This document shows, one piece after another, positions 48,544-59,800 of a stretch of DNA of 64,000 nt (positions within the stretch are counted from its first letter, which is position 1; every line of letters starts with the position of its first letter). Source of the stretch: Acidobacteriota bacterium (GTDB taxonomy: Bacteria > Acidobacteriota > CAIWXX01); NCBI GenBank assembly GCA_040755995.1, contig JBFMAF010000041.1, positions 1 through 64,000 on the forward strand, in the 5' to 3' direction. The notes below the pieces were generated by a model. The model worked only from the letters and a program-made list of their open reading frames with translations, ran no database searches and had not been told where the DNA came from. The position numbers and the translations under genes are program-made.

Positions 48544-49785
48544 GTGACACCGGCCGTCCCGCCGAGTATCATGCGGCTGATGGATGATCTTGAGCGTGCC
48601 CTCCCGCAGGCGCTCGAGGCGTGCAAGCCGAGTATCCTGGCACTTGCCGGCGATCTTATGGCGATCCCGACGGAGAACCCGCCGGGCCGGGCGTATCCAG
48701 AGTGCGTCGAGCGCATCCGCGCCGAGCTGGATCTGGTGGGACTTGATCACCGTCTCATCGAGGCTCCGGGTGAGGCGGGCCTCCCTCGGTTCAACCTGCT
48801 CGCTTTTCACGGCGACGGCAGTCGTACTCTATGCCTCCACGGGCACTACGACGTGGTGCCGGCTCAGAGCAGCGCGCAGTTCAATCCTCGCGTCGAGGGC
48901 GGTTGGTTGATTGGCCGCGGATCTGCCGACATGAAGGCCGGCATCGCGGCGATGGTCTATGCTGCACATCTTCTGAAGCAGCTCAATGCGCCTCTGCGGG
49001 GCCGAGTGGGACTGTGCATTGTCGCCGACGAGGAGACCGGCGGCAGGGGAGGATCAGGGTACCTCGATGAGCTCGGCCTGCTGGGGCGCGACGCCGTCGC
49101 CATGCTCACGCCGGAGCCGACGGGAGGCGTTGTATGGAATGCCAATCGAGGCGCGATAACGCTGCGAGTCACGGTGAAAGGCAGAGCCGCCCACGTTGGA
49201 TTGCAGCATCAAGGGATCAACGCCTTCGAACAGATGCTGCGTGTCGCCTCGGCACTACAGGGGCTGAAGGCCGATGTCGAACGCCGGAGGACCAGCTATC
49301 GGATAGGGCCTGATGCTGCCGCCAATTCCATCCTGATGCTGGGCGGTCGAGTCGAAGGCGGAACGAATTTCAACGTTGTTCCCGAGTCCTGCTCATTCAC
49401 CTTGGACAGGCGGTTCAATCCTGAGGAAGACACTGAAACCGAGAAGGCACGCCTGTTCGCGGTGCTGGAAAAGCTCCGAGGCGAAGGTATCGACCTATCG
49501 GTGGAAACACTGCAAGAAGGATGCTCGAGTGGGGTCCCGGAGGATGATCCTACTGGCCAGATTCTGGCGGAGACGATCAAGGCGGTAGCAGGTGAGCCCG
49601 CGCGCTTCGAGATGTGCCCGGGCTTGCTGGAGACGCGTTGGTACGCACGCAAGGGCATCCCCGCTTTCGCATATGGACCCGGGCGGCTCGACCTGGCTCA
49701 CGGGCCGGACGAGGCGGTCGAGATCGAGCGTATCTGGCAGTGCACGCTCGCTTGCGCCGTCTTTGCCTGCCGTCTTCTGTCCTGA
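48544..49785 (+). CDS. ArgE/DapE family M20 deacylase
   Basis: HGHYDVV, GRGSADMKAG, ADEE, AHGPDE. Confidence 0.9.
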   Translation: MTPAVPPSIMRLMDDLERALPQALEACKPSILALAGDLMAIPTENPPGRAYPECVERIRAELDLVGLDHRLIEAPGEAGLPRFNLLAFHGDGSRTLCLHGHYDVVPAQSSAQFNPRVEGGWLIGRGSADMKAGIAAMVYAAHLLKQLNAPLRGRVGLCIVADEETGGRGGSGYLDELGLLGRDAVAMLTPEPTGGVVWNANRGAITLRVTVKGRAAHVGLQHQGINAFEQMLRVASALQGLKADVERRRTSYRIGPDAAANSILMLGGRVEGGTNFNVVPESCSFTLDRRFNPEEDTETEKARLFAVLEKLRGEGIDLSVETLQEGCSSGVPEDDPTGQILAETIKAVAGEPARFEMCPGLLETRWYARKGIPAFAYGPGRLDLAHGPDEAVEIERIWQCTLACAVFACRLLS

Positions 49786-49802
49786 AGCGCCCCTTCTCCG
49801 TG

Positions 49803-50180
49803 TCACAGCGTCTCCGCGTCGTTCCTCGCCCCCTCGCGGACAAAGTGCGGCACGCTCTGAGGAAGCTCGATCGAAAGTTCCACGAGGCCGGCGTAACGTC
49901 CTTCCTGATACCAGGGTCCCTGGTAGATCAGCTTCCTGACGCCGTGCTTCTCGATTGTATACACGTTGGTGCCCTGGGTGTCGAGCAGCTCCTGGAGCTT
50001 GCTGCGGGCGGGCTCGGGGTGGCAGTCGAGCACGTTGGATCCCACGAGCGCCCTGCCACCGTCGTCCTCGAACGTCTTCGCCGATTTCTCGTTCATCTCC
50101 AGGATGACCCCGTTGCCATCGCATACTGTGATCGCTATCGGAAATGCGTCTGTCCACGTCCGGTTGTTCTGCTCACTCAT
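49803..50180 (-). CDS. Stand-alone PAS domain protein
   Basis: AITVCD.NGVILEMN, NVLDCHPE. Confidence 0.85.
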   Translation of the reverse strand: MSEQNNRTWTDAFPIAITVCDGNGVILEMNEKSAKTFEDDGGRALVGSNVLDCHPEPARSKLQELLDTQGTNVYTIEKHGVRKLIYQGPWYQEGRYAGLVELSIELPQSVPHFVREGARNDAETL

Positions 50181-50181
50181 G

Positions 50182-52311
50182 TCACGCCCCTCCAGTTACG
50201 GTCAGCCGCAGCAGCGTGGCGCTCGACCCCTTCCCGATTCTGTCAGTAGCCGCCACACGAAGTTGGTACGGTCCATGTCGAAGCTGCGGGGGCAAGGTGA
50301 GTTTGAAGACCATGTCGTAGTCCGTCTTGGACGGCCAGTCCCCCTGGAGGAACTTGTACGAGCTGAGCGGGACAGCAACGCCCTCGGGTGTGACAATCTG
50401 CCAGCGAATGTCCAGATCGGGTTTGCCGGTCGAATCGAGGGCGACGTCGTATACCTTGACCAACAGCGTCAAGTCGCCTCCGGGCGCCACGGCCGGAACG
50501 GCGAGTGCTGGGGCCGGTGAGCCCTTGAAGATGAGCGGACTGCATGAGCCCGCGAGACGCCTCGACGTGGTGTACTCCCATTGGCTCTTCTCCGACACGA
50601 AGCAGGCGGCCATCGCGAACCCCGGCGACAGAGCCACACTTACGGCAGAGGTGGCCGTGGCGCAAGCGCCGCTCTTGGTGCTGCGAACAACCGAGTGGAT
50701 CTCGTAGGTTCCAGGCATGAGCTCCATCACGTCCGCAAAGCGCGCCCCGGGTGATTTCTGCGGGTCCTTGAGCTTGGACATCCCGTGACAGTAGCCCCTG
50801 ACCTCGCCGCGCCCCGGCAGCACGGCGAATGAGAACATCTCCAGGTCCTTGCCGCCGTCCGCGGTCAGCTTCCTGAGGGTCTCCGCCGGCGTCTCGATCA
50901 CGACTGCACAACGTCCCGCCGAAGGTTGAGCGCCCTCCTGTTTCTCCCTGCACGGCGGAAACAGGGTCGCCGATGAGGAAGCCACGAGGCCCTCGGGGGA
51001 CTTGCCGGTGGCGAGGATCTGCGCAATCTGCACCTGCCTCTCCAGCTCCGAGAACTGCTCGTAAGGCTTCGGCTCGTAATACCCCTTGCGGTGCGAGAGC
51101 TTGATCCCGCTGCGGGTCGTGTCGACTTCGATCTTGTGGTACCCGCCCTTTCGCGTGGACGGGGCGTTGTAGGCCAGCACGTAATAGGAGGCCGTGGCAC
51201 CAGTGATCTTATTTATCACGGCATCGAGGTCGTTGGTATTCGCAAAAACCTCCCCGCCGGTCTCTGCGGCGATCATGTCGAGGGAGGCGCGGGTGCCTAT
51301 GCCGGAACCGGCTTCGCTCGGCCCCGCCTGGCGGCTGGTGCCGCTCGCGTCGATGCAGAAAACGCGGCAGTCGGACGCCGAGAGCAGTTTGAGCGCCTGT
51401 TCCAGCAGGTCGATGTTCCGCGAGTCGACTTCGCCCGTGGTAGTGTCAAGCTGCTCCCAGTTCTCGTTCTGGAATCGCTCGGCCTGCTTGGCCGCTTCCT
51501 GCGTAGTCATCCCTCCGAGGGCCTTCGTGTCGAAGCCCTTGGAGAAGAACATCACGGTCTTCCGTCCCTGCAGGACGTCGATTCCGCGGACCAATGTCTG
51601 CAACCCGGTCAGGTACGATCCGATGGCCCCGCGGTACTGGAGCGCGTCGGCGCGCTGAAGTTGCTGCGCTACTCGCGCGTCGCTTATTACGAGGTTTGTC
51701 TGGATTCCGGCTCCCAGTGTCGTCGCTCCGGATGCAGTCTTCTGAGCGAGCTGAGTAGTGGTCAGCCTGACCATGCCGGCCGAATCCGGCACAAAGGCGT
51801 CCGATTCGGAGCCGCCCAGGGAAGTGATCGCGTCCTCTATCTGCGCCCGATCTTTGCAGAAATTCATCAGCAGGCTGACGCCCTTGAACGTGTCCATCGC
51901 GAAGACGGCGACGTAGTCGCCGGGCTCGAGCTCCTCGCGCACGAACTTCAGCGACGCAGCACGCGCGAGCTGGAGAGAGGAGAGATCGTTGAACGTCAGA
52001 TCGAAAAGGATGACGAAGTTGCGCGCGAGACGCAGCGGCTCGGCGGAAGATCCGGGCTCCACGGGCGGCTCACCGGTCTCCACGTGCGTGGCGAATAGCA
52101 GCTCCTGCTTCGCGCCATTGTCCTTGACGATGAAGTCCTCGGGGCTGAGGTCCTCGACGGGGCGTCCGTCTTTGTCGGTCACTGTGACCGATACCTGGAC
52201 GGCCGAGACCTGTGCAGTCTCGGATACCTGCTTCGTGTCTGCTGCGGCATGCGTCGCGACGGACCACGTAATCACCGACGTAAGTGCTAAGGCTGTTGTC
52301 TTCATGCTCAT
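50182..52311 (-). CDS. VWFA-related Acidobacterial domain protein
   Basis: VTVTDKDGRPVEDL.PEDF.V.DNG, ILFD, GRKTVMFFSKG, AETGG, YYVLAY, RKGYY. Confidence 0.88.
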   Translation of the reverse strand: MSMKTTALALTSVITWSVATHAAADTKQVSETAQVSAVQVSVTVTDKDGRPVEDLSPEDFIVKDNGAKQELLFATHVETGEPPVEPGSSAEPLRLARNFVILFDLTFNDLSSLQLARAASLKFVREELEPGDYVAVFAMDTFKGVSLLMNFCKDRAQIEDAITSLGGSESDAFVPDSAGMVRLTTTQLAQKTASGATTLGAGIQTNLVISDARVAQQLQRADALQYRGAIGSYLTGLQTLVRGIDVLQGRKTVMFFSKGFDTKALGGMTTQEAAKQAERFQNENWEQLDTTTGEVDSRNIDLLEQALKLLSASDCRVFCIDASGTSRQAGPSEAGSGIGTRASLDMIAAETGGEVFANTNDLDAVINKITGATASYYVLAYNAPSTRKGGYHKIEVDTTRSGIKLSHRKGYYEPKPYEQFSELERQVQIAQILATGKSPEGLVASSSATLFPPCREKQEGAQPSAGRCAVVIETPAETLRKLTADGGKDLEMFSFAVLPGRGEVRGYCHGMSKLKDPQKSPGARFADVMELMPGTYEIHSVVRSTKSGACATATSAVSVALSPGFAMAACFVSEKSQWEYTTSRRLAGSCSPLIFKGSPAPALAVPAVAPGGDLTLLVKVYDVALDSTGKPDLDIRWQIVTPEGVAVPLSSYKFLQGDWPSKTDYDMVFKLTLPPQLRHGPYQLRVAATDRIGKGSSATLLRLTVTGGA

Positions 52312-52324
52312 CTACTCCAGACGG

Positions 52325-52510
52325 CTATTGTTCATGCTCTTCCAGGGAGGCGAGGCCGAATGTCTCGATGTGGAACCGGAGCGCCGACCGGGCATCGCGA
52401 AGGGCGTCATCGCAGGTATCCCCCTGCCCGACTACCACCCCCTTGATGCCCACTGGATAGGCAACGCACCCGTCCGGGTGTTTCTCAACGATGATCTTGA
52501 TGCGCTCCAT
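52325..52510 (-). CDS. HicB-like antitoxin (short, no HicA partner seen)
   Basis: IIVEKHPDG.VAYP...VVGQGDT.DDAL. Confidence 0.75.
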   Translation of the reverse strand: MERIKIIVEKHPDGCVAYPVGIKGVVVGQGDTCDDALRDARSALRFHIETFGLASLEEHEQ

Positions 52511-52645
52511 GTACGACTCGCGCACATTATACCTCGCCTCGACGGTCGCGTGGACACTCCACGTGCGTTTGGCATACACGCGTCGCACAGGGTATCGAAT
52601 CGTTGAGCCCGTTGTGGTCTTCTGACGCGCTGTATAGAATTCGGT

Positions 52646-52939
52646 ATGGACGACGAAGAGTTTGAGAATCCCGAGGCCGTCGAGATACCAATCGACGGGA
52701 CACTCGACCTGCACACGTTTCATCCGAGGGATCTGGACGAGCTGCTGCCGGAGTATCTTCGCGTCTGTCGCGAGCGCGGGATCTTGAGCGTGCGGGTGAT
52801 CCACGGCAAGGGGACCGGTGTGCTCCGAGAGCGTGTAGCGAGCATCGTGAGGCGTCTGCCCGAGGTGGCATCGTTCCGGACGGCGGGTGAGGACGCGGGC
52901 GGCTGGGGCGCGACGCTGGTCGAGCTGCATCCGCCGTGA
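52646..52939 (+). CDS. Smr/MutS family protein
   Basis: LDLHTF, IHGKGTG, GGWGAT. Confidence 0.9.
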   Translation: MDDEEFENPEAVEIPIDGTLDLHTFHPRDLDELLPEYLRVCRERGILSVRVIHGKGTGVLRERVASIVRRLPEVASFRTAGEDAGGWGATLVELHPP

Positions 52940-53051
52940 TTCGCTGCCGCGCGGGCGACAGTAGGCCGATGGACCTTGAATTTGCCAATCCCGGCAGGTA
53001 GTATGCTTGAAGTGGGCCGGGGTCATGACAACACCCTGAAGGAGGAAAGCC

Positions 53052-54659
53052 ATGAGACGAGCACGGGCATGGTACATCGCATCGACTGTGTTGATCAGCG
53101 CGTTGCTGCTGGTGCCGACAATCGGTGCAGCCGCGGAGAAGATGCCGACCGCGTTAGGGGCGGAATCCAAGATCGTCGTGAAGCCCGAAGTACGAAATCC
53201 GAAAGAGGTGAAGTCCTCGGCAGCTCCAGTTGGGATACCCGAGAAGTTCATCATAAACCTGCCGCGCGATCCGAATGTCAAGCCGATCGAGCTGCAACCA
53301 TTGCCTGCCGCACTGGCCGGCCGCCAGGACACATCGGTGGTGCCGGGGATGGAAGGTGTCAAGTCTCCGCTGCGGGTGCAGTACCCGTTCGAGCCGGACT
53401 CGTGGGGTGGCATCGGCTACACCGGCTGGATCCCGCCGGACTGCCACATGGCGGCTGGACTGAACCACGTCGTCCTGGTGGTCAACTCGCATTGGGCCGC
53501 CTACGACAAGGTGAATGGAGCGCGCCTGACAGATGTGATCCCCTTTGCCGACTGGTTCAGCAACCAGACCGTCCACGACGAATTCTGCTTCGACCCGAAG
53601 GTCATGTGGGACTCATTCGGCAAGCGGTGGATGATACTGGTCATGTCAGCGGACTTCAACACGGGTGCGTCCGCGTGGCTCCTTTCAGTCTCTCAGACAT
53701 CTGACCCCACCGGCTCCTGGTGGAACTACAGGTTCGACGGCACAAAGGACGGGAACACGCAGACCACCAACTGGGCGGACTACCCGGGGTTCGGCTTCGA
53801 CAAGGCCGGCGTGTATATGACAGCGAACATGTTCGGGACATCGGGCTACTTTCAGTACGTGAAGCTGCGAATCTTGAACAAGTCGAAGCTATACAAGGGG
53901 CAATCGCTGGGCTGGTACGACTTCTGGAGGCTCAATGACGGAACGGAATACGTCTTCACTGTGCAGCCGGCTCACAACTACGCTGGCCAGTCGTTCAACT
54001 ACATGGCGAATGCAGCGTGGGGGAACGGCGTCAATCGGCTCACCGTCTGGAAGGTGACTGGTGCGACCAGCAGCAAGCCGAAGCTCGCTGGTTGGAACGT
54101 GACCGTGAACACGTTCTCGCTCCCACCCGACGCGAAGCAGAAGGGCGGCGGGACGCCGATCAACGTCGGTGACAACCGGCTGCTCAACTGCGTGCTGCGG
54201 AACGGCAAGATCTACACCACGCATGCTATCGCCCAGAACTGGGGAAGCGGCACCGTGTCGGCGATCCGGTGGTATGAGCTGCAGCTATCGGTGCCCCCGA
54301 AGATTCTGCAGCAGGGCACATACGGAGCCAACAAGTATGACTACTATTACCCCTCGGTCATGCCCGACGCGGCCGGTCACATGTATGTGATCTTCAATCG
54401 ATCGAGCGCCAACGAGTTCGTCAGCATCCGCACGACAGGCCGCCAAGCCGGCGACCCTGCCGGCGAGCTCGATCCGAGCGTTCTGCTAACGCCGGGGAAG
54501 GCCAACTACAAGGTTCTCGACGGTGCAGGCCGCAACCGGTGGGGCGACTACAACGGTATCACGCTCGATCCGAGCGCAACCGACCAGGTGTGGGTCCTCA
54601 GCGAATACCCACTGGCGAAGGCCAAGTGGGCGACGACATTCGCGCTGCTGGGGTATTGA
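53052..54659 (+). CDS. Secreted hypothetical beta-propeller protein
   Basis: Signal peptide; PPD..AAG, FDPKV.WD, WADYP.FG, RWGDY. Confidence 0.85.
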   Translation: MRRARAWYIASTVLISALLLVPTIGAAAEKMPTALGAESKIVVKPEVRNPKEVKSSAAPVGIPEKFIINLPRDPNVKPIELQPLPAALAGRQDTSVVPGMEGVKSPLRVQYPFEPDSWGGIGYTGWIPPDCHMAAGLNHVVLVVNSHWAAYDKVNGARLTDVIPFADWFSNQTVHDEFCFDPKVMWDSFGKRWMILVMSADFNTGASAWLLSVSQTSDPTGSWWNYRFDGTKDGNTQTTNWADYPGFGFDKAGVYMTANMFGTSGYFQYVKLRILNKSKLYKGQSLGWYDFWRLNDGTEYVFTVQPAHNYAGQSFNYMANAAWGNGVNRLTVWKVTGATSSKPKLAGWNVTVNTFSLPPDAKQKGGGTPINVGDNRLLNCVLRNGKIYTTHAIAQNWGSGTVSAIRWYELQLSVPPKILQQGTYGANKYDYYYPSVMPDAAGHMYVIFNRSSANEFVSIRTTGRQAGDPAGELDPSVLLTPGKANYKVLDGAGRNRWGDYNGITLDPSATDQVWVLSEYPLAKAKWATTFALLGY

Positions 54660-54703
54660 TAGGGAGATCGTTCGGTACCGGACTCGCTGAGGAACAGGGG
54701 AGA

Positions 54704-54780
54704 AGTTGGCAGTTGCCAGTTGACGGTTGTCAGTACACGGACCCGAGATTCTGACAACTGGCGACCGGCAACTGTCAACT
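54704..54780. repeat. Inverted heptamer-repeat hairpin
   Basis: Four heptamers AGTTGGC/AGTTGCC/AGTTGAC/GGTTGTC mirrored by a 30-bp inverted arm (25/30 identical). Confidence 0.8.
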
Positions 54781-54796
54781 CCGCCCACGACAGAAG

Positions 54797-55033
54797 TTCA
54801 GTTTCATCCATAGCGAATCGGCGTACGAAGTGGTGGACGTCGTTCTGGTTCATCCCTTGGACTTCGAGAAGGCCTTTGAGCGAAAGACGGTGAAGGCCGT
54901 CCAGGGGGTTGAATTCTACCTCGCGTCCATTGATGATCTCATCGAGTCCAAGAGACACAGTGGGCGGCCCCAGGATCTCAGCGACATCGCCCTGTTGCAT
55001 AAGGCGAAGCGCTATCAGGAGGAGGGGAAGTGA
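54797..55033 (+). pseudogene. Nucleotidyltransferase C-terminal fragment
   Basis: VDVVL..DFEKAF...ASIDDLIESKRHSGRPQDLSDI; catalytic N-terminal half missing. Confidence 0.7.
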
Positions 55034-55221
55034 GCAAGGGCTTCACATACGACCTTGAGGACGAGAAGATCCGTGAGTACATGAAGCTCTCCACCGACGA
55101 CAAGCTGCGCTGGCTGGAGGAGATCGCCGAATTCACCATGGCGGCTCTCGGCGAGAGGGAGAGACGGTTCCGCGAACTGCTCCGCTCCGGTGAGGCGGAT
55201 TTGACGGAGGATCCCGGCTAG
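55030..55221 (+). CDS. Small protein, putative antitoxin
   Basis: YMKLSTDDKLRWLEE; GTGA overlap. Confidence 0.65.
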   Translation: MSKGFTYDLEDEKIREYMKLSTDDKLRWLEEIAEFTMAALGERERRFRELLRSGEADLTEDPG

Positions 55222-55300
55222 CAAGCTTCCCACCACGCAGGTATCGCTCTACGCGGGGCTAGATTTTGACCGCGTGGTGGGTCAGCACGCACTGGGCGAG

Positions 55301-55395
55301 CTCGACTGGCGGGCTCGGAACGTGGAGCTGATTTGTGCGCTGCCGACGGGTGTGATCACGAAGGTGCTCGATCGGGTGAATGCACTGTTGAGCTG
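55301..55395 (+). pseudogene. MazF/PemK toxin C-terminal fragment
   Basis: LDWRARNVELICALPTGVITKVLDRVNALL. Confidence 0.6.
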
Positions 55396-55514
55396 GCAGG
55401 CTCGGACCTTCTTCAGGATCGCGGTCGCCTCAGTCCGGGCGTGACCTCAAATGGCTCGCCGGGTACTCAGATGCCCCGAGCCCGGGATAATCTCGTGTGT
55501 GCTATACTTCATTT

Positions 55515-55826
55515 GTGAGCGACACCCTCGTCCGCATCAAGAGAGCAGTCTTGGCAGGGCATTACGCGTTCAGTGAAAAGGCCAGTTTGGAATTGGAGGC
55601 GGATGCATTGACCGAACTCGATGTGGTCGAATCCATCGTGAACTCAGTGGCCATCTACAAGACTCTACGCTCCCGAAGTCCGTATCGTAAGGGCGCCAGG
55701 GAGTACCTGCACGTCATCCAAAGCACGAATCTGGAGGGGGTGATGGTTTACAGCAAGGGCAAACTGGTGCAAGAAGCGGGTATCGAAACTTACTACTTCC
55801 TGATTTCATCCAAGAAGGCAGTATGA
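55515..55826 (+). CDS. DUF4258-like / RelE-fold putative toxin
   Basis: RIKRAVLAGHYAFSEKA..E; precedes a Zn-finger partner; -10 TATACT just upstream. Confidence 0.7.
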   Translation: MSDTLVRIKRAVLAGHYAFSEKASLELEADALTELDVVESIVNSVAIYKTLRSRSPYRKGAREYLHVIQSTNLEGVMVYSKGKLVQEAGIETYYFLISSKKAV

Positions 55827-56110
55827 CCATGAACGATAGACTTCAGATCAAGAGGTGCCCGACTTGCGGCAATGACAGGATTGAGCGAGTAGTCCGTGAT
55901 GTAACCCGCAGCTACGAAGGGCACTCCTACACTGTCCCCGCCGTGGAGTTTTATCATTGCCGCAAGTGCGGCGAAAAGGTCTACGACCGCGAAGCGATGC
56001 TGAAGATCGAGGCCTTTTCGCCCGCCTACCGCAAGAGGCGCGCATTAGCTGGTGCCCGGACTCATAGTATCGCGGCTGAAACGACAAGTGGCCGCGCAAC
56101 AGGCGGGTGA
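55823..56110 (+). CDS. YgiT/MqsA-type zinc-finger protein
   Basis: CPTCG...VPAV...CRKCGE. Confidence 0.8.
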   Translation: MTMNDRLQIKRCPTCGNDRIERVVRDVTRSYEGHSYTVPAVEFYHCRKCGEKVYDREAMLKIEAFSPAYRKRRALAGARTHSIAAETTSGRATGG

Positions 56111-56254
56111 GGCCGACCAACCACTTTCGCCACCGAAGCCCGACGAGGCCATCCTGGAAGGCCTGTGGCTCGAACCACGCGCCCTGATGCCACATCACAG
56201 CCGCGCGGGCCCGCACCGCCCATCGTCAGCGCGCTGCGGCGAGTTTGGCGTATG

Positions 56255-56452
56255 CCTGATCTTGGCGTTGTGGACGTGCTCGCATCGGATCTCGCGACGA
56301 TGGAGCACTCGATGACCACCTTTCACCCTCGTCCCCGAGACGCCCTACAGCTGGCGGCCATGATACGCATCGGATGCCTGGACATCCTGAGCACCGACGC
56401 GCACTTCGATCGTGTGCCCGACGTCCGTCGCTTCACGCTCTCTGATTCGTAG
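56255..56452 (+). pseudogene. PIN/VapC C-terminal fragment
   Basis: PRDALQLAAM...ILSTDAHFDRVPDVRRF. Confidence 0.6.
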
Positions 56453-56830
56453 GCACGCGCGCGCCGCATTCCTGCGTGCCGCACCGTCTCTGGTCACTGG
56501 GGCCCAGGAGGCCGCAGTAGAGTACGTTGGGCGTCCTGGGATCGACGACCAAGTCCGCGATACCGAAGAGCCAGCCGGGGCGGTTGAATACTTTCGTCCA
56601 GCTACCTCCTCCGTAGAGGCTTCGGAACAATGTCTGCTGCTCTCAGACCAGATAGAGCTGGGCCGGGCACGACGGCGCAATCGCCATTTGATCGACCGCG
56701 ACCCCCTCGGGGCCCATCCATTCCCATCTTGCAGAGGTGGATGAGCCTGCATCAACTCGATCCGTCAGACGACATACCACCCCAGAGAAGATAAGCGACG
56801 CCATGGCGACCCGCAGCAACACGGGCGTCT
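56433..56830 (-). pseudogene. Frameshifted N-terminal fragment of a BNR/VPS10 propeller protein
   Basis: RWEWMGPEGVAVDQMAIAPS.P..LY* then in another frame FRSLYGGGSW...LVVDPRTPNVLY. Confidence 0.6.
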
Positions 56831-56899
56831 TGGGCCTCTCCTGCGCCGGCCTCCCCGTATCGTGCGACCTGCCGGCTGTCCGAATCACACGACCTTCAC

Positions 56900-59800
56900 T
56901 CACTCCACCACGACCCGGTCGCTGGAGCCGCGGCCGAAGGTTTCTGGAGCGTACATCTCTTCGGCTCGCGTCGGCGGCACTACGAAGTCGCCCGGAGTGG
57001 TGGCGCGGGCCACGTACGAGTACGTCCAGACGCCTTCCCAGAGCAGCGACGCAAACGCCTCGACGCGTTCGTCCCGCATGTTCTGATGGTCGAACCAGGG
57101 CCGTATCCACCACCACCACTTGCCCGCGTAGCCGGGGCCTCCGAGGCCTCCAGCTCCGATCGTGGCCGCGTCGCTTGCGGGACCCTGCGGCATGCTCCCA
57201 GTCACCGCCAGCGCGGGGTTGAGGGCTTCGAGTCCCGCGGGCATCGGATCTACCAGCGCCACGTGGTACCGGCGCGCAGCCGCCACCATCGTGAGCGTCA
57301 CGCGGACGCGCGCCCCGGCCTTCATGTGCCAGACACCCTGCGGATCGCGCTTGACGTCGCCAGGGTTGTCGACGGCCTCATACCGCCGCTCGACCGTGAA
57401 GCCGTGGTCGGCCGGATCGAGCTTCAGGCTGGACGGCGCGTACTGCATGCCGATACGGTAGTACAGCCGGCCCTTGCCCTGCTTGGCCAGAACCAGATCG
57501 ACAGGCGACGGCTCGCCGGCAACGTACTTCATCGGGATCTCGATGTGCGAGCGATCGGCGGAGTAGCCCTTGAACGCGTGCTCGCCCGCGTACGTCTCGC
57601 CCAGCCACGCGCGCGCGACGAAGTCAGGCGTCACCTTCTCGTACGTATTGAAGTAGCGATCCAGCGCGAGCAGGATGAAGGCGTTCTCTTGCGTGTTGTT
57701 CCAGCGGCCGGCCCGGCGATGAGCCAGGAGGCCCGCGACTAGCTTCGGGATCAGGTCGCTCTTCGGCTGATCGCCGATCAGCGCTTCCAGAAGCACCCCG
57801 TCGACTCTGCGGTTCGAGTAGAGCAGCAGGTGAGCACCATCGCTGTACGAGACCACGAAGTTCGCTGCGCCTGCAGTCTCGACCACTCTGTTCCCGATGA
57901 ACCGGCGGATCTCGGCGACCTGCGCGGCCGACTTCGGGTCGCCTGAAAGAACCGGAAGCAACCAGCCGATCGCCTCCATCTGGAGCTTGTCCAGCCCGGC
58001 CTTGAGCAGCAGCTCCCGCGCGGCCGGCGCGTCAGTTTCGCCCAGCCGCATGCGCACGTACAGAGCATACGCCGTGAGTGTCCAGCGGACCTCGTCGGGA
58101 TAGTTGTCGGGGATGTGCGACTCGATCTCCTTCAGGTACTCGTGCGCCGACTCGAGCATCTGGGGCGGAACCGCGAAGCGCTTCTCGCGAGCCCGCTCCA
58201 GTGCGTGTGCCACGTGAATGCTCACGTACGGCCAGGACTCGTCGCCCCGCCGCCAGAATCCCCATCCGCCATCCGAGTTCTGCAGCTTACGCAGGCGATC
58301 GATGTCGCGATCCACTGCCTTGGCGATCTCCTCGGGCGCCGGCAGCCCCTCGGCCGCGAACGCAGTCAGCACATCGCGGAGAGCCGCAACAGCGATCACG
58401 CGCGACGCGAGCTGCTCGGCGCAGTCGAACGGGTAGTTCACCAGGTACAGGACAGCGTCGGTGAGGGCATGAAGCGCCGTCGAGGATGTCGTGATCTCCA
58501 AACCGCCGAACTCCTTCACGACGTCCCGTGGAGCCGCCACCGGCAGCGCGATGGCTCCTTCGTCAATCTGACCGTACGTAGCGAATGCCTCGGTGGTCGC
58601 GGGAGTCCACACAGGGAAAGCGACCTCGGCCGCATCCGCCCAGTCGCCGGAGACGGCTCCAACCTGGACCCGCGCCTTGCCCGCCATCGCGGCCGCAGCG
58701 GGCAGTCGCACTTCGACGCGATCGTTTGCAGGCACCGTGACGCGCCTGCCGGCTCCGTCCGTGAGCCTCATGTTGACCGCCCGAACAGCGACGTCGACTT
58801 CCACAGCACCGTCGGTCTGGTTCTGCACGACCAGCGGCAGCTCATACTTGTCGCCGAAGTTGAGAAACCTCGGCGGCGACGGGCGCACCATCAACGGCAG
58901 CCGCGCCGTGATCGTCGATTCGCCGGACCCAAACTGCCGGGTCCCTGCGACTGCGACCGCCATGATGCGATAGCGAGTCAGGCTGTCCGGGAGCTTCACG
59001 GGCACGCTCGCATGTCCCTGCGAATCCGTCGGGAGGCCTGGCGCGAATAGAGCCAGCGCGCTGAAATCGGTGCGGACGCGGATGGGCGGCGGTGCCGCAC
59101 CGGGGGCCGATGGCATGGCCATGCGGGCCATCGGGGCCGCGGCCGGAGGCGGCATCGGCATGGCCTCTTCCATCGCCATCGTGACTCCGCCTGCCACTCC
59201 TCCCTCAGCACCCTCGCCCAACGATTCGGGCAGCAGCCCCATCGGTCTCGACAGCAAAACCTGCTCGCGGAAGTATGTGTCCTCGGCGCCCGCGTCACGA
59301 TCGCTGTAGAAGATCGAAAGCGGGTTCGGCAGCCGATAGCCCGTGAGCGAAAGCACGGACTCGTCGACCACGACCAGCGCGATCTCGCCGCCTGCCACTG
59401 GCTTGCCATCGGCGTCCCGCAGCTCTGCGTCGACCACCGTATCACCGCCCGGCTCGAGCTTGTTCATGCGCGGCGTCACCTTGAGTGCGAGCGTGCGGCT
59501 GCGCGGCGGCACAGAGATCTCGATATCCCCCTTCGCGAAGGCCGGACGGGCCGGCAGACGAGCGTCCGGCGTGCCGTCGTCGCGCGTGCGCGGAGCCGAC
59601 CCGGCGAGGTCGACCTGAACGTAGAGGTTGGGCACGTAGCCGTCTTCGATCCTGACTTTGACTATCTGCGACGCTCCGGTCATGTGCAGCCGTTCCGTGT
59701 GGAAGATCCCGTTGCGGCGCAGCGTCAGCACGCCATCGGCAGGCGCGAACGGAGTGATCACGAGAATCTCTGCCATGTCGCCCGCCTGGTACTCTTTCTT

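Noticed and set aside
52511..53413. 362-aa minus ORF
   Set aside because: Only the last 61 codons (HicB-like) look real; the rest is antisense to Smr and the secreted protein.
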